In this document: positions 56,262-64,000 of the stretch, in pieces | Layout of the letters: the number at the start of each line of letters is the position of its first letter | How positions within the stretch are numbered: the stretch's first letter is position 1 | Source of the DNA: Candidatus Elarobacter sp. | GTDB taxonomy: Bacteria; Vulcanimicrobiota; Vulcanimicrobiia; Vulcanimicrobiales; Vulcanimicrobiaceae | Direction of reading: 5' to 3' | Assembly (NCBI GenBank): GCA_036264835.1 | Contig: DATAQE010000142.1 | Coordinates: 312 to 64,311, forward strand | Length of the DNA: 64,000 nucleotides | Notes under the pieces: generated by a model | Told to the model about the DNA's origin: nothing | What the model saw: only the letters and a program-made list of their open reading frames with translations | The model's database searches: none | Position numbers and translations under genes: made by a program

Positions 56262-57645
56262 GACGAATCGCCGCGCCGATCGTCGCCGCCAGCCCCAGCC
56301 ACGTCGGCAGCTTGATCACGTACGTGCGCGGTGAATCGCGGTTGATCTGCGGGGCCACTTCGATCCACACGGTGCTGGCGAGCGCGCCGGGCGCCGCTCT
56401 GGGCAGCACCGGTCTGGCGAGCGCGGGCGGGAGCGAGTTCTGAAGCGGCCACAGCACGATCCAGCACGCCGCGACCGCGGCGGCGATATGCGCGTACGAT
56501 GCGCCGGCGTACCGCAGGAGAACGGCGATGACGAGCAACGCCGCGGCCGTCACCGGCTTCTCCGCGGCGACGTGCGGCCACGGAACCGCTAACAGCACGA
56601 GGCCGGCAACGGCGAGCCGCGTCGCGACGGCGTCGGTGCGCGAATACCGAGCGAGCAAGAACGCGGCGGGAACCGCGAGCCCGATCTGCGTGATGTGGAT
56701 GTAGCTTCCGGCCACGACGGCGCACGCCGGCGGGAGGACGGCGAGTGCCGCCGGCGTCGATACACGCGCGACCGCGCGTGAGAGCACGAGCGAGAGCACG
56801 AACGCCAGCAGCGTCGAGACCGAGCCTGCGAGCAGCGCGTACTGCACCGGCACGCCGAGCCACGCGAGCGCGGCGGTGAGACTGTACTGCGCATCGTCGT
56901 GGGCTTCAGCGAGCGCCTGAAGCCGGAGCTCCGCGGGGAACGTCGTCAACCATCGCGTTCCGCCCTCGGCGAAAGCCGCCAGCGCGAGCGCCGCGGCCGA
57001 GACGAGCACCGCGACCCGCGTTCGCGGCGCGAACAGCGCTACCGACGCGACGACGAAGACGCCGATGTGCGGTTCGAGCATCGTCAGCGCCGCGAAGACT
57101 CCCGCGGCGACGTGTTTCCCGCGCACGAGCGCGAACGCCGTGGCGGCGATGAACGCCAGCTCGAACGGAACGAGTTGGCCGAGCGCGAGCGACGGAAGCC
57201 CGACCGAAACGACGATCGCGGCCGCGACGGCCGGCGGCGGCAGGTCGAGCGCGCGTGAAAGCAGCACGGCGGCGGCGACGAGCGCGACGACCGCCGCGAT
57301 CTCGTAGCTCCATGCCGCGGTCGTGAACGGAAGGAGCGCGAGCGCTGCGAACGGCGCGACGACGTACGGGGGCAGGGCGAACGGATAGACGATATTCGGT
57401 GATCCGGCGATCGAAGGATCGGCGTACGCGTGTTCGCACGAACGGAGGGGCTCGACCAGATACGGATCCCCGCCCGCGAGGACCACGCGACCGACGCAGT
57501 ACAGCACGCGGAAGTCCACCATCCCGGTCGCGAAGCGCAGATACGACGAGCGCGCGAGCTCGGCGAGCGCGAAGACCACTGCGGCGCCGAGCAAACAGAG
57601 CCGCACCACGCGTGCGCGGTCCAGCCTCGAGAAGCGAGAGATCAT
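56164..57645 (-). CDS. GT87-like (GT-C) membrane glycosyltransferase
   Basis: DFRVLYC.G..G.DPY, PPY..PFAALALLP, LALGQ, EPHIG; multi-TM. Confidence 0.75.
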   Translation of the reverse strand: MISRFSRLDRARVVRLCLLGAAVVFALAELARSSYLRFATGMVDFRVLYCVGRVVLAGGDPYLVEPLRSCEHAYADPSIAGSPNIVYPFALPPYVVAPFAALALLPFTTAAWSYEIAAVVALVAAAVLLSRALDLPPPAVAAAIVVSVGLPSLALGQLVPFELAFIAATAFALVRGKHVAAGVFAALTMLEPHIGVFVVASVALFAPRTRVAVLVSAAALALAAFAEGGTRWLTTFPAELRLQALAEAHDDAQYSLTAALAWLGVPVQYALLAGSVSTLLAFVLSLVLSRAVARVSTPAALAVLPPACAVVAGSYIHITQIGLAVPAAFLLARYSRTDAVATRLAVAGLVLLAVPWPHVAAEKPVTAAALLVIAVLLRYAGASYAHIAAAVAACWIVLWPLQNSLPPALARPVLPRAAPGALASTVWIEVAPQINRDSPRTYVIKLPTWLGLAATIGAAIRLTDPRRRRLGEAPPSPAPASSFASSADSFRRG

Positions 57646-57655
57646 CGTACTCTCG

Positions 57656-58567
57656 TCACCGCGGCGCCGCGGCCCGGCTGAGGCGATCGCGCACCGCCGC
57701 GTTCGCTTCCGTGTCGGGCGGAAGCGTCGCGACGATCGTCTCGTAGCCGTTCGCGTCGAGCGCGCGCAGCGTCGCGTACAGCGTCCGCGCCGCCGTCGCC
57801 GGATCGTCGGGGAGGGTGAGCACCGCGACACGCTCTCCGCGGGCGGCCCGGCGCCGCGCTTCGTCCTCGCGCGCCGCCGCGTCGGCCAGGACCAGCCGCG
57901 CGCGCGGCGCGTAGTGCGAGCGCAGCGTCCCGGGCGCGCGCACGGCGCCGCCCACGCGCGTCACGACCGCGGTTCCGAGCGCTTCGCCGAGCTGCGCCGG
58001 CGTGATGGCGCCGGCGCGCAGCACCGCCGGCACCTCGCCGGTGAGATCGACGATCGTCGACTCGACGCCGACCCGCGCCGGCCCGCCGTCGACGATCAGA
58101 TCGACCTCGGCGCCGAGATCGGCGCGCACATGCTCGGCGGTCGTCGGCGAGACGCGCCCGAAGCGGTTCGCCGACGGCGCCGCCAGCGCGCCGCCGAACG
58201 CCGCGAGGATCGCGCGCGCGACCGGATGCTCGGGCACGCGCACCGCGACCGTCTCCTGTCCGCCGGTCACCGAAAGCGGGGTGCGCGGCCCGCGCGCGAC
58301 GATGGCGGTGAGCGGTCCCGGCCAGAACGCGTCCGCGAGCGCGCGCAGCCGCGGCGTGATCTCGGCGACGTACCCTTCGAGCCCGCCGGCGTCGTGCGCG
58401 TGCACGATCAGCGGATGATCCGCCGGCCGGCCTTTGATCGCGTACACGCGCGCGATCGCCTCCGCGTTCCCGACGTCCGCCGCGAGCCCGTACACGGTCT
58501 CCGTCGGAATCGCCACCACGCCGCCCTCGCGCAGCACCCGCGCCGCATGAGAGACTACATCATCCAC
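57656..58567 (-). CDS. sua5: L-threonylcarbamoyladenylate synthase (Sua5)
   Basis: PTETVYGLAA, KGRPADHPLIVH, FWPGPLT, AAPSANRFG, APG...HYAP. Confidence 0.95.
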   Translation of the reverse strand: MDDVVSHAARVLREGGVVAIPTETVYGLAADVGNAEAIARVYAIKGRPADHPLIVHAHDAGGLEGYVAEITPRLRALADAFWPGPLTAIVARGPRTPLSVTGGQETVAVRVPEHPVARAILAAFGGALAAPSANRFGRVSPTTAEHVRADLGAEVDLIVDGGPARVGVESTIVDLTGEVPAVLRAGAITPAQLGEALGTAVVTRVGGAVRAPGTLRSHYAPRARLVLADAAAREDEARRRAARGERVAVLTLPDDPATAARTLYATLRALDANGYETIVATLPPDTEANAAVRDRLSRAAAPR

Positions 58568-59861
58568 GCGTCGAGCCGTCGGGCTCGATCGACGCGAACC
58601 CCGCGAACGGGCGCAGCGCTTCGGGGATCGTCAACCCGCCGTCGGCGCGCTGGTAGTTCTCGACGATCGCCACCAGTGTCCGGCCGATCGCGCCGCCCGA
58701 GCCGTTCAGCGTGTGCACCAGCTCGGGTTTCGCGCCGGGCTCGCGGCGGAAGCGGATCTGCGTGCGGCGCGCCTGGAAGTCGGTGCAGTTCGAGCACGAG
58801 CTGATCTCGCGGTACGCGTTCGCGCCCGGCAGCCACACCTCGACGTCGTACGTCTTCGCCGCGTTGAACCCGGTGTCGCCGGCGCACAGCAGCATCACGC
58901 GGTGCGGGATGCCGAGCTCTTCGTACAACCCCGTCGCGTTGCGCGTGAGCGTCTCGAGGTCGTCGAACGAGCTCTCGGGGAGCGTCAGCCACACCAGCTC
59001 GACCTTCTCGAACTGGTGCATCCGGATCAATCCGCGCGTGTCCTTCCCCGCCGCGCCCGCCTCTTTCCGAAAGCACGGCGTGTGCGCGGTGTAGCGCAGC
59101 GGAAGCAGATCACCGGCGAGCATCTCGTCGCGGTGCAGCGCGGTGAGCGGCACCTCCGCGGTCGGAATCAGGTACAGCTCGTCGCCCGGGCCGTCGCCCT
59201 CGAACGCGTACATCTGGTCCGCAAACTTCGAGAGCTGCCCGGTCGACCACATCGTCGCGCGGTTCACCAGCACCGGGGGATTGATCTCGACGTAGCCGTG
59301 GCGCGCCGCGCGGTCGAGGAAGAACTGCGCGAGCGCGCGCGAGAGCCGCGCGCCCGGTCCGCGCAGCACCGCGAACCGCGAGCCCGCCAGCTTCGTCCCG
59401 CGCTCGAAGTCGAAGATCCCCAGCGCTTCGCCGATCTCCCAGTGCGGTTTCGGCGCGAAGTCGAACCGCGGGATCTCGCCCCACGCGCGCACCTGCACGT
59501 TCGCGTGCTCGTCGTCGCCGTCGGGGACCGAGCCGTCGAGGAGGTTCGGGATCTCGGAGAGCTCGGCGTCGATCCGCTGCTCGTACGTGGGCACCGCCTC
59601 GCCTTCGGAGGCGATCCGCGCGTCGAGCTCGGCGATCTTCGGGCGCAGCTCGGCGGCCGCGGCCTTCTTGTCGGCGGCCTTCGCGATCTGCGCGGTCAGC
59701 GCGTTCTTCTCGGCCTTCAGCGACTCGGCGCTCGTGATCGCGGTTCGGCGCTCGCGGTCGAGCTCCAGGATGCGGTCGACGAACTCCGCGCCGCCTCCAC
59801 GGCGCCGGGCCGCGACGCGGACATGATCGGGCTCGCGCCGCAGCAGATCCAGGTTCAGCAC
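58560..59861 (-). CDS. serS: Serine--tRNA ligase
   Basis: LIPTAEVPL, CFRKEAGAAGKDTRGLIRMHQFEKVE, REISSCSNC.DFQARR, HTLNGSG. Confidence 0.97.
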   Translation of the reverse strand: MLNLDLLRREPDHVRVAARRRGGGAEFVDRILELDRERRTAITSAESLKAEKNALTAQIAKAADKKAAAAELRPKIAELDARIASEGEAVPTYEQRIDAELSEIPNLLDGSVPDGDDEHANVQVRAWGEIPRFDFAPKPHWEIGEALGIFDFERGTKLAGSRFAVLRGPGARLSRALAQFFLDRAARHGYVEINPPVLVNRATMWSTGQLSKFADQMYAFEGDGPGDELYLIPTAEVPLTALHRDEMLAGDLLPLRYTAHTPCFRKEAGAAGKDTRGLIRMHQFEKVELVWLTLPESSFDDLETLTRNATGLYEELGIPHRVMLLCAGDTGFNAAKTYDVEVWLPGANAYREISSCSNCTDFQARRTQIRFRREPGAKPELVHTLNGSGGAIGRTLVAIVENYQRADGGLTIPEALRPFAGFASIEPDGSTRG

Positions 59862-59914
59862 GGCCCGCCTCGTTCGCGATGGCACAGGGGGCCTCCGTGT
59901 CGAACCGGGCGGAG

Positions 59915-61150
59915 ATGCGTGCGTTGCGCCCCGGTGCGACCTTCGAGACCGAACGGCTCCTCGCGCCCGGCGAGGCGGTCGCGGCGTTCCTGGACGCCGT
60001 CCCGCTCGGCCCGCTCGGGACCGAGCGCGTCGCGCTCGAGGCCGCCTTCGGCCGTATCCTGGCGCGCGACGCGGTCGCGGACACCGCCTATCCCGCCGAC
60101 CACCGCTCGACGATGGACGGCTTCGCGGTCCGCTCGGCCGACGGCGCCGTGCCGCGCCGGATCACCGCGACGATCCGCATGGGCCATGCTCCGCCGGGCC
60201 CGCTCGCCGCGGGCGAGGCGATGCGGATTCCGACCGGCGGCGTCCTCCCCGCCGGCGCCGACGCGGTGATCCCGGTCGAGGACGCCGAGGAGCGCGAGGG
60301 CGAGCTGATCCCCGACGCCGCCCCGGCGGCGGGCGACTCGTTCACCCCGCGCGGCGACGACATGGCGCCGGGCGATCTCGTCCTCCCCGCCGGCCGGCGC
60401 ATCGGCGCGGCGGAGCTCTCGGTCCTCGCTACGCTGGGCCAGGCCGAAATCGAGGTCTTCCGGCGGCCGCGGGTCGCGGTCGTCTCGACCGGCGACGAGC
60501 TGGTCGACGCGGCGCAGCGCCCCGGGACGGGACAGGTCCGCGACTCGAACCGCTGGGCGATCGCGGGCGGCCTGACGGCGCTCGGCTGCGAGGTCGTCCA
60601 CCTGCCCCGCGCGGTCGACGAGGTCGACGCGATCCGGGGGCAGATCGCCGAGGGCCTGCGGCGGGCCGACGCGGTCGTCCTCACCGGCGGCTCGTCGGTC
60701 GGCGCCCGCGACCACGTCCCGGCCGCGATCGACGGCCTCGGCGCGCCGGGCGTCGTCGTCCACGGCCTGCGGGTGAAGCCCGGGAAGCCGACCGTCTTCG
60801 CCGCGGTCGGCTCGCAGCTCGTCGTCGGGCTCCCCGGGAATCCGACCAGCGCGCTGACGATCCTGGACGCGATCGCCTCCGAGCTCTTCCGCGCCCTGAC
60901 CGGCGAGCGCGGCGCCCGCCGCCCGGCGCAGCCCGCGGTCGCGCGCGAGCGCTTCGCCGGCCGGCCCGGCTGGACGTGGTACGTGCCGGCGGCCCTCGAC
61001 GAAACCGGGGGCGCGCGCCCGCTGACGCTCCGCTCCTCGCACACCAGCCTGCTCGCGCGCGCCGACGGCTACGTCGTCGTCGGCCCGGACCGCGTCCCGA
61101 TCGAAGCCGGCGAGCCCGTCACCGTCCTCCGCTACGGAGGCACGGCATGA
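59915..61150 (+). CDS. moeA: Molybdopterin molybdotransferase
   Basis: STMDGFAV, RIPTGG..P.GADAV, STGDEL, DSN, GGSSVG..D, KPGKP, LPGNP. Confidence 0.93.
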   Translation: MRALRPGATFETERLLAPGEAVAAFLDAVPLGPLGTERVALEAAFGRILARDAVADTAYPADHRSTMDGFAVRSADGAVPRRITATIRMGHAPPGPLAAGEAMRIPTGGVLPAGADAVIPVEDAEEREGELIPDAAPAAGDSFTPRGDDMAPGDLVLPAGRRIGAAELSVLATLGQAEIEVFRRPRVAVVSTGDELVDAAQRPGTGQVRDSNRWAIAGGLTALGCEVVHLPRAVDEVDAIRGQIAEGLRRADAVVLTGGSSVGARDHVPAAIDGLGAPGVVVHGLRVKPGKPTVFAAVGSQLVVGLPGNPTSALTILDAIASELFRALTGERGARRPAQPAVARERFAGRPGWTWYVPAALDETGGARPLTLRSSHTSLLARADGYVVVGPDRVPIEAGEPVTVLRYGGTA

Positions 61151-61560
61151 GTTTCCACGGCGTGCTCCGGCCGGTCGCGCTCGTGCTCGCACTCAGCGCG
61201 CCGCTCGGTGGCTGCACGAGCTCGGATCGGCAGAAGGCCGCGGAGGCGTTGACCACGCCGGCCGCCGGCGAGGTGCTGCAAGACGCGCTCATCCTGGCCG
61301 GGGTCAAAGCCGGGCTCGTCGCGCACGACCCGGACGCGGCGACCTCGGTCGGCGTCTCGGTCAGCCGCGGGGTCGTGACGCTGCGCGGTGTCGTGCCGGA
61401 CGCCAAGACGCGCCAGAGCCTGATCGAAGTCGCGCAGGGGACGTCTCACGTCCGCCGCGTCGACGCGGCCGGGCTGCGCGTCGGCTCGCGCCGTCGCAGG
61501 CTCCGCGAGACGAGCGCCGTCCGCAACGCCGCCGACCGCAGCAGGGTCGCAGGACCGTGA
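61147..61560 (+). CDS. BON domain lipoprotein
   Basis: Lipobox LGGC; D..I...VKAGL..V.V..GVVTLRG. Confidence 0.75.
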   Translation: MSFHGVLRPVALVLALSAPLGGCTSSDRQKAAEALTTPAAGEVLQDALILAGVKAGLVAHDPDAATSVGVSVSRGVVTLRGVVPDAKTRQSLIEVAQGTSHVRRVDAAGLRVGSRRRRLRETSAVRNAADRSRVAGP

Positions 61561-62684
61561 CCTCGGAGCGCCCCGTCCCGCAGCCGACCGCGCTGGTCGC
61601 CGGGATCCCGCCGTCGACCCCGTTCGTCGCGCCGGAAGAGCTGGCGCGCCGGATCGGCTACGAGCGGCTCCTACGGCTCGGCGCGAACGAGAGCGCCTTC
61701 GGCCCCTCGCCGCGCGCGATCGGCGCGATGCGCGAGGCGGTCGCGCTGACCTCGTGGTACGGCGACCCCGAGTCGCTCGAGCTGCGCGCCGCGCTCGCCG
61801 CTCGCCACCGCTGCGCCGTCGAAGAGATCGTCGTCGCCAGCGGGATCGACGACCTGATGGGCCTGATTGTGCGCGCCTTCTGCGCCCCCGGCGACGCCTG
61901 CGTCGCGACGCGCGGCACCTACCCGACGCTGTTCTACCACCTGGCCGGCTTCGGCGCGCGCGCCGAGTTCGCCGAGCCGAACGAGACCGGCGGGATCGTC
62001 CCCGAGAGCATCGTCGCGGCGGTGAAGCGCTCCGGCGCGAAGCTGGTCTACGTCGCGAACCCCGACAACCCGTCCGGCTCGTTCGTCGACCGCGCGGTCC
62101 TCGCCGAGCTGCGCGCGGCGCTCCCCGACGACGTCCTGCTCTTCCTCGACGAGGCGTACGCCGACTTCGTTTCGCGCGAGGCGCTCCCGCCCGACGCGAT
62201 CGACCCGCGTACGATCCGCACCCGGACCTTCTCGAAGGCCTACGGGATGGCCGGCGCGCGGATCGGCTACGCGCTCTGCTCGCCCGAGCTCGTCGCGACG
62301 TTCCAGAAGCTGCGCCTGCACTTCGGCGTGAACCGCACCGCGCAGATCGGCGCCCTCGCCGCGCTCGGCGACGACGCGTTCCTGCGCGGGGTGATCGCCG
62401 AGGTCGAGCGCGGCCGCGAGGACTACCGCGCGCTCGCGGCGCGCCACGGGCTCCGCTCGCTCCCGTCGTCGACGAACTTCGTCTGCATCGAGATCGGGAC
62501 GAAGCCCCAGGCCGACGCGATGGTCGCCGCGCTGCTCGAGCTCGGCGTCTTCGTCCGCAAGCCGTGGGCGCCGCCGATCGACGGCTTTATCCGTGTGACG
62601 GTCGGCACGGCCGCCGAGCGAGCGGACTTCGCCGACCGGTTCGCCGAGGCGCTGGACCGCGTCCGGGAGAAAGCGGCCCCGTGA
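61557..62684 (+). CDS. Histidinol-phosphate aminotransferase-like (class I/II PLP) enzyme
   Basis: LGANES.FGPS, NPDNPSG, LDEAY, RTFSKAYGMAGARIGY, IRVTVG. Confidence 0.88.
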   Translation: MTSERPVPQPTALVAGIPPSTPFVAPEELARRIGYERLLRLGANESAFGPSPRAIGAMREAVALTSWYGDPESLELRAALAARHRCAVEEIVVASGIDDLMGLIVRAFCAPGDACVATRGTYPTLFYHLAGFGARAEFAEPNETGGIVPESIVAAVKRSGAKLVYVANPDNPSGSFVDRAVLAELRAALPDDVLLFLDEAYADFVSREALPPDAIDPRTIRTRTFSKAYGMAGARIGYALCSPELVATFQKLRLHFGVNRTAQIGALAALGDDAFLRGVIAEVERGREDYRALAARHGLRSLPSSTNFVCIEIGTKPQADAMVAALLELGVFVRKPWAPPIDGFIRVTVGTAAERADFADRFAEALDRVREKAAP

Positions 62685-63406
62685 GATTTGCCGTCGTCTC
62701 CGACGTTCATTCGAACATCGAAGCGCTCGACGCGGTCTTCGCGCAGCTGCGCGAGGACGACAAGCTGCTGTGCCTGGGCGACATCGTCGGCTACGGCCCG
62801 AACCCGAACGAGTGCGTCGAGAAGATCCGCGCCCGCGCGACCGCGACGGTCCTCGGGAATCACGACGTCGCGGCGATCGACAACTTCGGCCTGGCGTACT
62901 TCAACCCGGCGGCGCGCGAGGCGATGAAGTGGACGCAAGGCGTGCTCACCGCGGAGAACCTCGCCTGGCTCGACAGCCTCGGCTACGAGTTCCGCATGCC
63001 GGAGTTTCTGCTCGTGCACGGCGCGCCGGTGAACTACTTCGAGTACGTGCTCGACAAGGCCGCGGCGGCGCGCGCATTCGCCGCCACCGACGCGCCGATC
63101 ATCTTCATCGGCCACACCCACATCGCGGAGGTCTACATCCTCAAACCCGACGGCGCGATCGAGCACGCGCACCTGCAGCAGGGCGGCGAGGTGAAGCTGC
63201 TCCCCGGGCTGCGCTATCTGATCAACGTCGGGAGCGTCGGGCAGCCGCGCGATCTCAACCCGCGCGCGTCGTTCGGCTTCTACGACTCGGAGATGCAGAC
63301 GGTGACGATCACGCGCGTCGAGTACCCGATCGCGCAGGTGCAGGAGAAGATCGTCTCGGCGCATCTCCCCGACGCGCTCGCGCGCCGGCTCCTGGTCGGC
63401 CGCTGA
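62681..63406 (+). CDS. Calcineurin-like metallophosphoesterase
   Basis: SDVHSN, LGDIVGYG, GNHD, HG, GHTH, NVGSVGQPRD. Confidence 0.92.
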   Translation: MRFAVVSDVHSNIEALDAVFAQLREDDKLLCLGDIVGYGPNPNECVEKIRARATATVLGNHDVAAIDNFGLAYFNPAAREAMKWTQGVLTAENLAWLDSLGYEFRMPEFLLVHGAPVNYFEYVLDKAAAARAFAATDAPIIFIGHTHIAEVYILKPDGAIEHAHLQQGGEVKLLPGLRYLINVGSVGQPRDLNPRASFGFYDSEMQTVTITRVEYPIAQVQEKIVSAHLPDALARRLLVGR

Positions 63407-64000
63407 TGCGCGCGGTCGCCGCGTTTCTCGCGGTCCTGCTGCTTGCCGCCTCGCCTGCGCCGCGCAGCGCGCCTGCCGCGCGCAACGACTACGCGAACAC
63501 GGCCTTCACCGCGCCGCTCTCGCAAGGGCTGAAGGCGTTCTACTCGCGCGACTTCGCGACCGCGCGCAAGTCGTTCGAGGACGCGCTCGCGGTGATCCCC
63601 GACAACACGCTCGCGCTCTCGTTCCTGAACGCGACCGCGGCGCAGACGCCGGGGACGCTCGACGGCCTCGTCGACGCCGAGGAAGAGCAGCTCGCGAAGA
63701 ACCCCAAGAGCCCGCTCGCGCACGTCAAGCTCGGGTTCTCGTACCTCTTCGCCTCGCTGACCGGGCGCGACCGCAACGTCGACGCGCGCGAGGAGCTGAA
63801 CGCCGCGGTCCAGCTCGACCAGGACTCGCAGTCCGCGCACACGGGACTCGGGATCATGCGCGAGGGCGACCGCAGCGCGAACCGCGCGAAGGCCGAGTTC
63901 CTCGCCGCGCTCAGGACCGACCCGCAGAACGTGCTCGCGCGCGAGTACCTCGCGCGCATCTACCAGATCGACCTCAAAGACCCGCACCGCGCGCTCACGA
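63406..64000 (+). CDS. Secreted TPR-repeat protein (3' truncated by window)
   Basis: ATG overlaps the previous stop (TGATG). Signal peptide MRAVAAFLAVLLLAAS; TPR-like units (A...F..AL...P, AH..LG). Confidence 0.8.
   Translation, partial: MRAVAAFLAVLLLAASPAPRSAPAARNDYANTAFTAPLSQGLKAFYSRDFATARKSFEDALAVIPDNTLALSFLNATAAQTPGTLDGLVDAEEEQLAKNPKSPLAHVKLGFSYLFASLTGRDRNVDAREELNAAVQLDQDSQSAHTGLGIMREGDRSANRAKAEFLAALRTDPQNVLAREYLARIYQIDLKDPHRALT

Overview
High-GC bacterial window. Gene content and style suggest Vulcanimicrobiota/Eremiobacterota (inference, not verified). It holds about 55 CDS and one tRNA-Ser(UGA). Housekeeping and metabolic genes include livF/livG, an Acs-like ligase, ridA, an aldo/keto reductase, a PLP decarboxylase, a GlnA-like enzyme with a PucR regulator, an NRAMP-type/MgtE-N pair, suhB, kynA-kynU, an S41 protease, sua5, serS, moeA and a HisC-like aminotransferase. 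Accessory highlights: (1) 30.6-41.1 kb, a six-gene divergent chaperone-usher/WxL-like fimbrial locus (frameshifted usher-like protein, major subunit, chaperone, 1424-aa adhesin, two minor subunits) back-to-back with a lone flagellin. (2) A recurring sigma28-like promoter (4-nt -35, 16-nt spacer, xCCGA -10) before flagellin, three pilus genes, a Gly-rich surface protein and an island operon. (3) A lower-GC islet (13.3-17.5 kb) with a 58-aa ORF absent from the ORF track, directly upstream of a papain/C39-like Cys protease. (4) A 1.5-kb integrase-less element bounded by a duplicated 5' half of tRNA-Ser and carrying arm-type repeats. (5) A GNAT plus small-protein pair. Two genes carry small frameshifts that may be assembly errors. 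All family calls come from motif recognition by eye; no database searches were run.
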